Shown here piece after piece: positions 12,274-24,466 of a stretch of 64,000 bases of DNA. Source of the stretch: Trichodelitschia bisporula. Taxonomy: Eukaryota. The position numbers and the translations under genes are program-made. Under the pieces are notes generated by a model, which saw nothing but the letters and a program-made list of their open reading frames with translations, did no database searches and was not told the origin of the DNA. The stretch is taken from positions 929,224 through 993,223 of the forward strand of contig ML996694.1 of NCBI GenBank assembly GCA_010356995.1, given 5' to 3'. The number at the start of each line of letters is the position of its first letter. Positions within the stretch are counted from its first letter, which is position 1.

Positions 12274-13805
12274 ATGTGGTCGCAGTTTACCAAGACGAGC
12301 GTCTGCTTGCTCTGCTCGCACATGGTTCAACCGTACATCCCACGACGCTATGCTGTGATGGCGAGAAGCACCCAAAGGAAGAACCGAAAGAAGAGTGATT
12401 ATGTACCACTGATGTCAGCTATGCAACAGAAAGTGGGCCAGCAAGCAAAACGTAATCCTGCAGTGGAAAATGAAGCAAAGCGCTTGTTCGGCGAGATGAG
12501 GCTCCTCTGGACACTCGGGCATCTGAAGATGAATCCGAGGCAGGCGCAAACATTTATGCGGAATATCGAAATGGTCGGCATGCGGCCCACTCCCGCTACT
12601 CTAAGGTCAATATGCGAGGGTGTGTTCTGCCCGCTCGGTGTTGTTTTGGCCCACTGCTGATTCAATTAGCTGTTCGCGTTGAAATAAGCGCCCTTTGCGT
12701 CCTTGCTCGCGTTCTTCTAGCCAGCCAGGATCCCAAAATTCGCGCTATAGGACGGAGTATTCTCCTCTCGGCTTCAGAGGCGGGAGATCCCGCCGCCACC
12801 ATCCATGCGGTCAACGTTGCCATCCGGACGGACCAACTCGGCAGCAAGGAAGTGCAAGGTCCCCTGGCCCGTCTACGCGAACTGGCCGACAGCGGATTTC
12901 AACATGCCATGGTTCCCCAAGGGAAGGTGCACGAGTCCTACGGCGAGGACTTGAAGGCACTTGCAACATACGAGCGGCTGTGCGAGATATCCAAAGACAA
13001 CCAAGCGGAAGAGCTGCAGCCATCCGGGCGGCCGTCGTTAAAAGTGCAACTCAAAGCTATGCTTCACGGCCACTGGGGGTTCCTTCGCGAGACACATGAA
13101 CATTTCAAGTCCTACACCCAGATGACGGGAGATATGCTCGACAGCAATGTTGCAATGGCTCTGGTTGCGATTGGCGACTTGCGTCTCAAGAACGGCCCCC
13201 TTTTCGACCACAAGGCTGCGTATGCGGCGTTCAAGGAGGCTGCACTCAAGCACGAAGACCCCCAGGCCCTCGTCTGGGTCCGGGAATTCGACTGTCGGGA
13301 ACCGTACTCGCCCAAATGGTTCGAGTACACCATGAAGCTCGCAGTGTCCGGCTATAGCCAGGCAGCGCACGAGCTAGGAGATATGTACTCCCTTCCGCGA
13401 AGCAAAGTTCTCGAGCTGGACACTGCCATGCAGGATGAGATATTGAACAACCCGGCGTACCGCGGGCTCTCCAGACGGGAAGCGGCAGAGCTGGATTCCA
13501 AGGAGGTGGATCCAGCTGACCTCCGGAGATTTCTGTGGGCTTCCGAATGGTATCTCGTGGCTGTGGCAGGCGAATATGCTCGCAGCTGGATAGCTCTGGC
13601 AAATCTGTACTGGAGAATTGGTCTTCGTGGAAAGGCAATGGCGATACTCCGGGCGGCGGCATTTGACCTGCAAGTGTCGACATCTGGTGAGACGTTTCCA
13701 GAAATGACCGCGGAAGCTCTCGAGTTGTATAATAAGTACAAGGCGACACAGGAAGGAAAGGATGCGATTGCTCAGGGGTTATACGCCATGGATGTATTGA
13801 TATAG
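12274..13805 (+). CDS. Hypothetical alpha-helical (Sel1/TPR-like) protein, possibly mitochondrial
   Basis: Intron 12620-12669 joins two ORFs in frame. Sel1-like segments 'ASEAGDPAA', 'LADSGFQHAMV' and 'LAVSGYSQAAHELGDMY'. Basic N-terminus. An alternative in-frame ATG lies at 12166. Confidence 0.6.
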
Positions 13806-14216
13806 CGAAGCGATCTCCCATGCATGAAGAGCATATGTCGAGATGAACCATTCCACCCATTTCCTCCGCACACATAAGTCGGGGCAGCCTCGCAACTTCT
13901 TGCAACCATACTGGATTCGATTTCAAGACTGGAATTGGTGCCTAGCGAATCGAATTTGAGACATAACTACTTGGAACAGACTGAACTATAAAACCAGAGC
14001 CAGACGCCCCGTACCCACCTGAACCACGATCGCAAGGAGGCAGAATAAAAGATGGCTGGGTATATCCTGTCCTATAATGTACATCGGAATTCGAAGCTTT
14101 GATGCGAAAACCCCGTAGCTCCTTAAGAAGACCTGCCGTATCCCCTAGAAGGACTCCCATGTTCGGTTCAGCACTCAGAACGGGCCGGTAAAGCCGAAAG
14201 GGAAATGCCAAAAGTC

Positions 14217-15889
14217 TTAAGCAGAGGTGAAGAACTGCTTCAACATCGAACCGATGTCACCCGCAGTGTCAGGGTAGACGTAAAAGGCGAGGGCAATGAT
14301 TATGTACCTAAAGGGTAATCAGTAACGTTATGGAGACTGCGAGATTTTGCAACGTACGTTCCGAGGCACATGGCGCCCTCAAGCCAGTTGCTCTTGCCGT
14401 CCTGGATGAGGTAGTTGACGACCGTCACACTAAGGAAGAAGATGACCGTCTCGAAGCCCTGGAAGTGGAGGGTCATGGGCTGACCAATGATCCACCCTAG
14501 AATCACAAGGAAAGGGGTCACAAATAGCGCGATCTGGAGCGAGCTGCCGATCGCCACTCCGATCGCCAGATCCATCTTTTGCTTGTAGGCCACAATGCAA
14601 GCCGTCACGTGCTCGGCCGCATTACCAACGATGGGGAGCAGAATCAAGCCAATGAAGGTTCTGGGAATGTTAGTGAGGCTGAGGGAAGAGGATTGGGAAG
14701 GCTTACTTGGAGATGTGAGCCGTCTCGACGATCGCATCGATGCTGTCGACGAGAAATTCGGCGCAGACGGCAACCATGAGCGTAACAACCACCAGCACGA
14801 CACCCGCAGAAATAGGACTGAGGATGTGCGTTTCGCTCGCCTCGTCTTCAGCCTGGGCTTCGGCATCGAACAGCGAGGAATGCGTCTTGAGCTGGAAGAA
14901 GAGGTAAAGCAGGTAGAGGATCAACATGATAATCGCAGTTCCTCGAGATAAGAGCGCGATGTTGTCATCTTGCACCTTGGTCTCACCGGACGACAGAGCT
15001 GCGTAGAGGGTCGCTGGAATGATGAGTGAAACAGTCGCAATTGACATCAACGAGGCCATGGCGTTAGCGACAACGGAATTAAAGCGCTGCTCGCCACCGC
15101 GCCAGCCTCCTGCTATGAAGCAGCATCCGAGGACCTAAGCTTATGTTAAAACACGTAGACTAAAAGCTCGCAAACATCTTACCAGCAGGATATTAGACAG
15201 AATACTACCCAGCATGCTCGCTTGCACGATGCGGATTTCACCATTGAGAAGAGCAACAATGCTCACCTGATCATGGAATTAGTGACCAGAAATATTTTTG
15301 GATCATATAAAACGTACAATGAGTTCAACAGCATTTCCGAAAGTTGCATTCATGAGACCGCCGATTGTCTGGCCAACCTTCGCAGAGAGTTCCTCGGTAG
15401 CAAAGCTCAACAGAGCAGCAAGGGGCACGATGGCGAAGAAATTCAGGACGAATACAAGTGTCGGATTCCAGTGGAGCAGGCCGGCGATAATGCCCAAGGG
15501 CACGAAAACGAGCAGGACGTTGACATAATTGCTCGAAACGGTGAGCCAGGTGATATGGGCTACGTGCTTCGGCCATTTGGTGTAACGATGCTCGTCGTTT
15601 TGGCCCCAAATATCGGGACCATGGGAGGCATTAGAGGCCAACGGCAGCAGAGAAGTCGATTCTGTGGCTTCCGTTCGGCCATTCTCTCCTCCAGGTTGCG
15701 GCATTCCAAAGTTTGACCTGCTGCTATTACTGCGGCCGTGTCGATGAAAGGTGCTGCGATAGCTCACTGTATCAGATGTACCAGGTTAGACTGCAACACC
15801 AACAAAGAGCAGAGTGGGGGTAGATGAGGAGAATGGGTTTGGGGCTGTGAAGTGAGAGTGGGCGGTGCAAGAGGGGAATACATACCCAT
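14217..15889 (-). CDS. VCX1: Vacuolar Ca2+/H+ exchanger (CAX family)
   Basis: Alpha-repeat motifs 'NATFGNAVE' and 'IVGNAAEH'. Six coding exons: 15889-15886, 15766-15318, 15266-15183, 15134-14707, 14660-14358 and 14307-14217. Confidence 0.92.
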
Positions 15890-17582
15890 GGTGATAACTA
15901 AGACTCAGGCAAAGGGTCCTGCAAAGCTAACCAGTATGAGAGGCTTGAGAAAGCTTGTGCTTCAGGTCACTCGATGTTTGGGTGACCAAGTGACAAGAAC
16001 CCAAATACTGGGGTTGGCAGGGGGAGGGGAGGGACGTGGGAGGGTGGGGGGGGAATGATGGCGGAGGGAGGCGGAATGCAGATGGCTTTGGCAGCGATTA
16101 GGCGTAGGAAAAGCGCCTGACCGAGTATGAGAAGTGATGGATGGAGGGAAGGGCGATTTGGCGCAGGAAGATGAACGACCCCAGTGGCTGAAGCTGATGG
16201 ATGAGTAAGGCCGGGGGCGGGGGATTAGATGGGACCGAAGGGGTGAGATGCGACGTCGCGCGAAAAAGTGTACACACTTAGGGGCGTAAAGAGGCAAAGG
16301 AACAAAGGAAGAAGAAGTCAGGATAAATATCTTGCCGTCGCTGTCGTCGCGACAATCTTCGTAGGTGGCGCAGTACCCTAAGTTCAATGAGGGACCCTTG
16401 AATATCCCTTCGCAACGTTCGTCTTGGAGATGGCGGGCTGGCGGTGCTAACAACCCAGCTATGTAGCGGTAGTAAGGAAAAAAGGTTGAAACCCCGCAAG
16501 CTTCCCACTTCGATCCCACTAAATTTCTTGCTATCGCACTTATGACGATGCCAACGACAGCTTAAGCCAGTAACAGGGCGTTCGGGCAACCTGAGATGAG
16601 GGGTTTATTGATGATAAAACTGGGCAAAAAGGCTGGGCGGGAATCGTCCTTCGGAGCTCGCAACTCCACTTTCTTTCTCTCACCGCATCTCCGCCTTTAC
16701 GGCGCATGTCGGCCTCGTGACCTGCATGTAGCCGTCAAGTCCCTACAGCTTGTTCACGACGCGGCCAGGCCCCATTACAACGCCTTCTTGGCTAAGAAGG
16801 CTTGGGGAAGTACGGATGTAGGTGAATTACGATGTTCAGCTTGCCCAGGAACCGAAGAACCCAATGGGTCCACGTTTCGAATGCCTAGCGCGACAAGTCT
16901 TCAACACTATTGGTAAAGAGTCGCACTAGTATCGTCCGCGATCGAGGCGCGTAACTTATAGCTTATGATGACGTGAACCCACCACGAAGCTGTCATCAGC
17001 GTTCGGGTTCTCAACCAACGGGAGTGAGAGCGCAGCACACTCCGCCAAGGGTTGCTGCAAACTGCGCCACATCTTATCGCATGGCTTTCGCATCCTCAAT
17101 CTTGGCCTTGGGGTTCGGCTGGAAAGGAAGGCTGAAGGCTGGTGAGGGGCAAGGTTGGGGCGGGGTGCGGCGGTGCTTCCGGCGGTGGTGCTTCCGACGT
17201 CAGTCCCACGACTAATCGCTTCCCTACAACAGCAGGTACGAGTACGTAGTATAGACGTTGTCATCATTGTGGCACAGTGCTTTGCGAGCCGGCGATACCG
17301 CTCTTTACTATTATCCAGACATATACAATAGGCCTACAGTAGTGTGCCAGCGCAAACCACGCTACCAAAGACCATGACCAGACGAAACGTCTGCTGCGTA
17401 CGCAAGCCATACTCCCCACGAACGAGTCCGGCAACCTCGAATTGCTTCGCCACGCCCAGAAACTCCCATGAAATTCAAATCCCAAGTCACCGCCCATCTT
17501 TTAATGCCCCAAGTCCTGAGATAGACATAGTTGACTAACAATCCCACCAGAATTCCCTAGCCGACGACCGTCAAATGGCTCG

Positions 17583-19352
17583 CTAGCCTTCAATAGCCCG
17601 AAGACGGCTGTCGTCGCCATTCGTCGAGCCTGCCATACGGTTGTTGATGGTAAAGAGCAGTCGAAGCGTCTTTTGCTTCTGCGTCTCGCGAATACCCCTG
17701 AGGTGCAAGTACGCATCGTCAAGTCCGGAGATTTGGTCTTCCACGGAAAGGACGCTGGAGTCGTTGCTGCGAACCAGCGGACTCACCAGCTTCTTGCGGA
17801 GAACCTCGAGACTGCTCTTCAGCTGTAGGAGCTTGTTGTTGTGATCCAATAAGATATGCTTGTTCTGAACCGTTGTCTTCCGTAGGCTCAGGAGCAACAT
17901 CTTATTCTTTTCAAACTTCCTCAACTCCCCTGCATTCGGGCCGATGACGCGCGCCCACAGCGAAGACAGAAGCTCGCCCTCCTCCCGCTCTTGCTGATCG
18001 GTTTCGCGGATGACGGTCCTTTGCAGGTTCTGAAACTGAGCATCAATGGCCTCGAAAAGGCCGAAGATGGCCACGGACGACTGCAGCTCGTTCGCGATGC
18101 TTTCCTCCAGTACCGTGAGGAATTCGTTGAAAGTGCGGCGGAGAGTCGCAGCGTTCTTCTGCGTCGGCGTTTCGCCCACAATCTCTCTGAAGACTGTTCC
18201 TAGGATAGTGCGCCCATCCGAGGATTCGAATATGCCGACACGTGACAAGAAGCCGTGGATGTTGTCCACTGCCGATGACAGCGAACTTCCCGGTTGTGTC
18301 TGAACCGATAAGAGCTGCCGTTTCGCCCATTCCATTACAATCAAGATTCTTGTATTCATCAGCAAGCAAAGCTTGAATTATTCGAATCTTACTCACCCAT
18401 CAATATCTCCATCCACATGTGCGAAGAAACGGCGCAATTCAAGAGCCAGAGTTCTCAGGTTTTCGCTCAAGTCATCGAGGCCGGCGACGATCTGACTGCC
18501 AGCGCTGAGATTGGCGAGACGGACACTTTCGGCAAGGTCCCAAACCGCCATACTGCTATCTTGCAGCTCACTGATCTGCTGCACACCGTTCTCGGAATAA
18601 TAGATCAGCGGCTCGAAGGTCTTCGCGAGCTGTGTTGCCTTCAATATGTCCGGAGTTGGAAGCGGTGCGGGCGGCCGAAAAAGCGACTGCACTATCATCA
18701 ACGATACGATACCGAAAAAGAGCGAAAGAAGCGTCCGGGGTCTCGTTATCGAATCGACCTTGTCTTTAAACCAGGCAAAGGCAGCCTCAAGCGGTTCAGT
18801 CCGGTGCTGAACTTCGGCGCGCATTGCGAAGCGAACATCTAGACCCGTTAGAGATGAGATTGATACCTTTCAGTCACAATACGTACAACTGCTTGTATTA
18901 TCCTGGCCAGCAAACAGGCTCTCCCCTCCTTTTGTTGGTGGCGGTAGGCTATTGGCGAATGGAGAACAGGTTGGGTCCCTGCGAATAGGCTCGGGACTGC
19001 TGGTTTGGGCGGGTGTTTGCTTTGGGGGAGAAGCTGGCAGAGGGATGTTCGCAGGCAACAAGGTCTGATCTCCCTCCCCGGCGCTCTCATACTGCGGACT
19101 GATGCTGTGGGACGTTTCTGGTCGCGGAGGGGAAAACCGATGCGGAGGAAGCCAACCACTAGTTTCCTTTCGCCATGCTGGAGGAGACCACGGCGCCGAC
19201 GAATGATCAGATTCGGGTTCCGACTCTTCTGAACGGAAGGCCGAGTGTATCGAGGGATTTCCAAAAGAAGGCGACCGATCCGGATAGAAATCCTCCAGCG
19301 ATGCGGCGACCGAAGGGTGGTCGTCAAAGTCGTCCAAGTGTCGCGACATCAT
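17583..19352 (-). CDS. Uncharacterised fungal protein: Ser/Pro-rich N-terminus, one TM helix, long coiled coil
   Basis: Three ORFs joined by canonical 48-nt introns 18886-18839 and 18396-18349. TM segment 'TLLSLFFGIVSLMIVQSLF'. Heptad-rich C-terminus. Confidence 0.75.
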
Positions 19353-21272
19353 GATATCAGGAATGGGGACTCGTGCTCAAGCTGAAATTGGCTTGGAAGG
19401 ATGAAAAAGAGGATGCGACGATAGGTAATGGTCGCCAATGTGTAGACATATAGTTCTCGTGGCTCGGGATGCGTGAAGCGTGGACAAATTCAAACGGACG
19501 TTCGAGAGCGCGGGGGCGCGCTGAGGCGGGGTAGCGACGCGGAATGGGCGAGCAATGAGCTTTGTTATCGGCTCATGAAGCAGGCGCGACCGACGCTGTT
19601 TTGCAAGGCGACGGTCTCAAGGGCGACAAGAACTTAGGTATGAGTATGACTAGTTCGCGCGCCGGTGAATGAAGGGCTGCGACGACGTGATGTTCGTCGT
19701 TTGTGGTTCAAGAAGGCGGCTTGGAGTTACATAGGGTGTGGGAGGATACAGCCATCCTCCACCTCCACCTCCCCCCCCACCTCCTCCCTTCGCTCCCGCC
19801 AACTGGGACGACCAGGCCTCATTGAGATGAAACACAAAATGCAGGAGGCTGGGCCGATAGTTGACTGGCTGTTCTGGCCTGGTCGTCCAGCCAGTCGTGA
19901 CCAGTCCACTCGATGATCATTCGGCCATTGGTTGGCTGGGATGCGCTCCCGCCTAATCTTGGAATCGATCAGCCCAGCGGGCCTGCCCGCCATCGACTTC
20001 CCCCACCTTTTCTTCTCGTTCCTAGCCTCGTTAGCTGCACAGGAACCCTCGACACCGTTTGTTGGCTCCTTGTTTGTACCACGCCTAGCCATACCTCGTA
20101 GTCTTCCTCATGTTCCTGGTGATGTTCCTGTCCCGATGCCGGCCCGGTCCTTGTCCCGCCACCTCGATGGTGATTCGGTAACAGAACTTCCGTTGTGATA
20201 CCCGTAAAGGATCTCCATGTGGGAAGCTTTTGTCGATCATCAGGCCTACATCCAGCCTTACAACGTGGAATCTGTTATCCGGTTATCTGATGCTGTACCC
20301 TCCTAAGTGTGGATAGTACGGCGTGCACAGCGAAGTGCCTAAGAGAGGCACCAGCATGCCATTGTGGCGCAGATATGCATAAAATCTTTGAGCAAGCTCT
20401 TATCTTTCATATATATGCGACGAATAATGGCCAGGTAGTTACAGTACCAAATGTTCCCAAGCAAGGCAGACACGCTCCCCACTGCATACTCGTAAATGAG
20501 CGTGACGAGGCTGGACTCTGGTATGCTTTGGCCGAGCAGAAGTCGTGCAAAGCAAGCAACCCTTACCAGCCCATAGACCGTCAAGAGTCTTCCGGACGGT
20601 ATCGGGGCATTCAGCTGCATTGAATTCGGTGGCTCAATCTGGTGCCCGATGCTTGTTCTCAGCCCTGTCTCCCCGCATGTGCATGCGGGGCTGCCCATTC
20701 ATTTTGTGGCCTTTTGCCCTTGCTACACGTTTCCGTTGATACTCTCTGCCTTAAGCATTCAATAGCCTTGCCTTTCCTCGATTCCCTCCAAGGCCGACAC
20801 GGTCTGCTGGCTTCGGGTTCTCATCATTGCCTTCCAACCTCAGATGGCTCACCATCCGTGTAGCACGATACCGCCTTACAGCAAAGGACGATCAGAAGGT
20901 AAATCACATAGTAGCATGGTAGACAAGCGGCATAGCAATTAAGTAAACCGACTTTCTATTTACAGAGAGCACCTATCTCGAGGGCAGATCCCTAGCTTGC
21001 GAGTGATGGGGAGATGTAAAAACAGGAACGACAGCATGTCCAGTAACGGACTGCTAGCCTTCCCTTCCATGGAGGCCTGCCCGAAAGGACACATGGCCAT
21101 TTGTTCAGCAACCGACTGTGCAAAGTGCATCAATCTTTCCCTGCTTCCTTCGAGCCAACGCCACATCATCCTCGTCCAACAGGCTCGTGGCAACGACTGC
21201 CCTTCATGCTAATCAAGCCAAGCTCCGCTCTCCATTCAACTCCCGCTAGAAATACACACAGTGAAATCCACA

Positions 21273-23952
21273 TCAACCACCAGCCGGGTACGGCCGCGGC
21301 GGTTCGCCACCTCCAGGAACAGGACTCGGTTCAGCGACTGGGCCGCCTGGAGGGGACGGCAGCGGCGGCGTAGCCGGCGGGAGCGCTGAGATGGGCACTT
21401 CAGGCATCTTGATCGGGGAGTCGATGCCCGATGTCAGGCGATCCGGAAGCTTCTCGCCACGGATAGCCTTCTCGATCTCCTCCTTGCCCAGAGTTTCGTA
21501 TTCGACCAACGCACTAGCCAGCAGGTCCAGCTCCTTGCGCTTGGACGTGAGAAGATCCTGCGCCCGTTTCTTGCCTTCTTCCACCAGACGCCGAACTTCT
21601 TCCCAGATCTCTTGCTTCGTATTCGCCGGGAGGCGCGCGTAGTCAGAGTGCAGATCCAGATTGCCGAGGCGATCTGACATGCCCATTTGCGTCACCATGG
21701 CGTATGCGATAGCCGTAGCTTGTTGGATGTCGCTTGAAGCACCGCTAGTCACGTTTTCGGCGCCGTAAATCATCTCCTCAGCAACCTTGCCGCCCATGCA
21801 GACGTCGATACGGGCAAGGTACTCATTCTTGGCCATCGAAACGCGGTCAAGCTCCGGTAGCTGGAAGGTGATGCCCAAAGCGTGCCCCCTAGGCATAATA
21901 GTTGCTTTGTACAAGGGATCCGCGCGAGGGGTGAATAGGGCTACGAGAGCATGGCCTCCTTCATGGTAAGCAGTCATAACTTTGTCTTTATGCTGAATGA
22001 CCGCGCTGCGCCGTTCTGCGCCCATAAGGATCTTGTCTTTTGCCCATTCGAAATCCGTCATGTTGATCTTGGTTGCCTTGCGCTTGCTCGCGTGCACGGC
22101 GGCTTGGTTGGCCAGGTTTTCCAACTCAGCTCCAGAAAAGCCAGGGGTTCCGCGAGCCAGGATGGAAACATCAACGTCAGTGCCAATCTGCATCTTCTTA
22201 GTGTGGTGCTTCAGGATTGACACACGGCCGCGGACATCTGGCAACGGAACTACGACGCGGCGATCGAAGCGTCCAGGACGCGTGAGAGCCTTGTCGAGAA
22301 GCTCCGGGAAATTGGTAGCCGCAAGGAAGATGACACCGGAATTGTTGTCGAAGCCATCCAGATCCGTAAGAAGCTGATTGAGGGTTTGCTTGACGTAAGC
22401 CGCATCCCGCTCATTACGCTTGCCGCCGATCGCATCCAGTTCATCGATGAAGACGATTGCCGGCGCCTTAGCCCGGGCGGCGGCAAAAAGTTCGCGGACA
22501 CGCTTGGCACCGACACCGACGTAAACCTCGTCGAATTCCGAGCCGGACATGTAGAAGAATGGGACGCCAGCTTCACCAGCGACAGCACGGGCGAGAAGTG
22601 TTTTTCCAGTACCAGGAGGGCCGACAAGGAGAACACCCTTGGGCAGTTTGCCTCCGAGCGTTGAGAACTTGTCCGGAGACTTCAAGAACTCGACGAGCTC
22701 CTGGAGCTCCTCTTTGGCCTCCTCGCATCCGTGGACATCGGTGAATTTCGTTGTTTGCAGTTCCGGTTTCGCTTCGGCATTCGTTTGCGTGCTAACGCGC
22801 TTCAATATGCCAGTGCTTTCAATAAGAAAGCTGACAATGACGTAGAAGGCCCAGCCAGCGAAGATGTACCAGAAGCAAAACTTAACCCACTTGAAGAGGT
22901 GGCTTCCGACAGTCTCTTCGACAACGACGTGTATTGGGCTACCCCGAGCTCCAGTGTTACCCTTTTCGATGGCCAGATTCGCTCCACGGGCGCGAGCACC
23001 GATCGCCTGAGCAGTAGCGTACTGTACAGCATTCAGGTTAGTTTGCTGTTGTTCCGGAGCAGCCGCCACAGAAGTGTTGGCTCCCTCGCTCTGATCCACG
23101 GCCCCGAGTTGTTCCAAAGCGCGAAGGTAGAGCTGCTCACAGGCAGGGTTGCTGGCAACGCGACCCGTCTCATAGCGCTGGACAACAAGATCTGGGCGGT
23201 TGGCACGAAGGAGGGCCGAATAGAACGCATTCTGAGCGCTTGCGCTGCCAGGGTTGTTGTTCGCAGTCTGCTCCATACGAGCCAAATGGTTGTACGAGGT
23301 GTTCGAGCCCCAAAACATGCGCCGTTGCATCGCACTGCCTGGTCCCATTGGTATCATCGTTGTGATCTTCGACGACGTAGTACGGGAGAGAACAGAGTAT
23401 TGGGCCCGCTGGGGGCGGAGGAAGACGCGGGGCTGCAAGGAGTTGGCGCGCCGAAAGACATGACGAGGAGCTTCGTGAGCGTCAGCGCTTATGCATTTGA
23501 TCTGTGTAGCAGGACCAGCCAAGCATACCTGAAGATAACAAACCAACCGCGGTGGGCGCAGACTGAAACACTCTATCCGCAGTCTGGGGCGAAAACGAAG
23601 CAGCCGGTACAGATACTCGGCAGTCGGGCAAGGCCGTCGCGACCGATGTGCTAGCCGCGCGCGAACCGCCATTTCGGCTTATGGTCGACAGCATCCGCCC
23701 CTCCAGCATCTTGATATTGGGAGACTGTCTGGCTTGCGAGACGGAATTTGATCGCGACGTAGAGGGGGGAGAGGGGCGGCCGAGTGTTCGCCACGGAGAG
23801 TGGAAGGCGGTTGATAGAGATGGCAAAACCTCAGATGTCACCGATGCAAAGGCCTACAAATTGGTTAGCAGATTGCGTCACTGGAAGGCAGGGCCAAGGC
23901 CGCAGACGGCGAACTATCTCACCTGAACGGCAACCGGACTTTGGAGAGCCAT
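21273..23952 (-). CDS. YME1: Mitochondrial i-AAA protease (FtsH family)
   Basis: Walker A GPPGTGKT, Walker B IVFIDE, SRH 'ALTRPGRFD' and zinc motif HEGGH. Introns 23922-23854 and 23528-23471. Start [10 protein letters not shown]. Confidence 0.95.
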
Positions 23953-24466
23953 GATGCTAGATCCGGAGGCGGCAACGGCCGCGATGCCAAAGAAGGGGCA
24001 ATATGCAAATGTAATACTGCAAGACGAATTCAAACGATGAAGAGAAGACAGGACAAGAAATCGCGGGTGGCCACAGATGGCCGCGTGGTGGTTTGAGGTC
24101 AGACCGGCGGAAGTGGAGTGCGATGTGATGAAGTTGAGCCGCCCAGAGATTCTCGGGATGCGGCGCCGAGCAATCGGCTTCGCGTCAGACCACGTGATTA
24201 ATAAACCGAGTTCAGTGGCAAATGTCGTATATTCGAACATTCTACGTAGTCATCGTGTGTTTCTTAATACGGTAGCCTTCCCTTCTGCACACCTTCATCA
24301 TGCAGAGTAGGTGCGGTTCGTGCTCTTGTTGCTGGTAACGGGATATTCCAGGCGCTATTCAGAAACTCGGCCTCAACTTCCACGCTAACTTTCAACAACG
24401 GAAGGCCGCCTGTCTTCTAGTACAGGCTCAGAACCCCCTTTTGGAACTCTGCAGCTCTACTTCGTC

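Noticed and set aside
19680..21000. Telomerase RNA, RNase P or snoRNA identity for the structured region
   Set aside because: No telomere-repeat template on either strand. The RNase P-like 'AATTCGGT' and 'ACCGACT' do not form a proper P4 helix. No convincing C/D box pair.
22731..23654. 307-aa antisense ORF over YME1, and many similar shadow ORFs over other genes
   Set aside because: They lie opposite confident genes, have no recognisable motifs, and are expected in GC-rich coding DNA.
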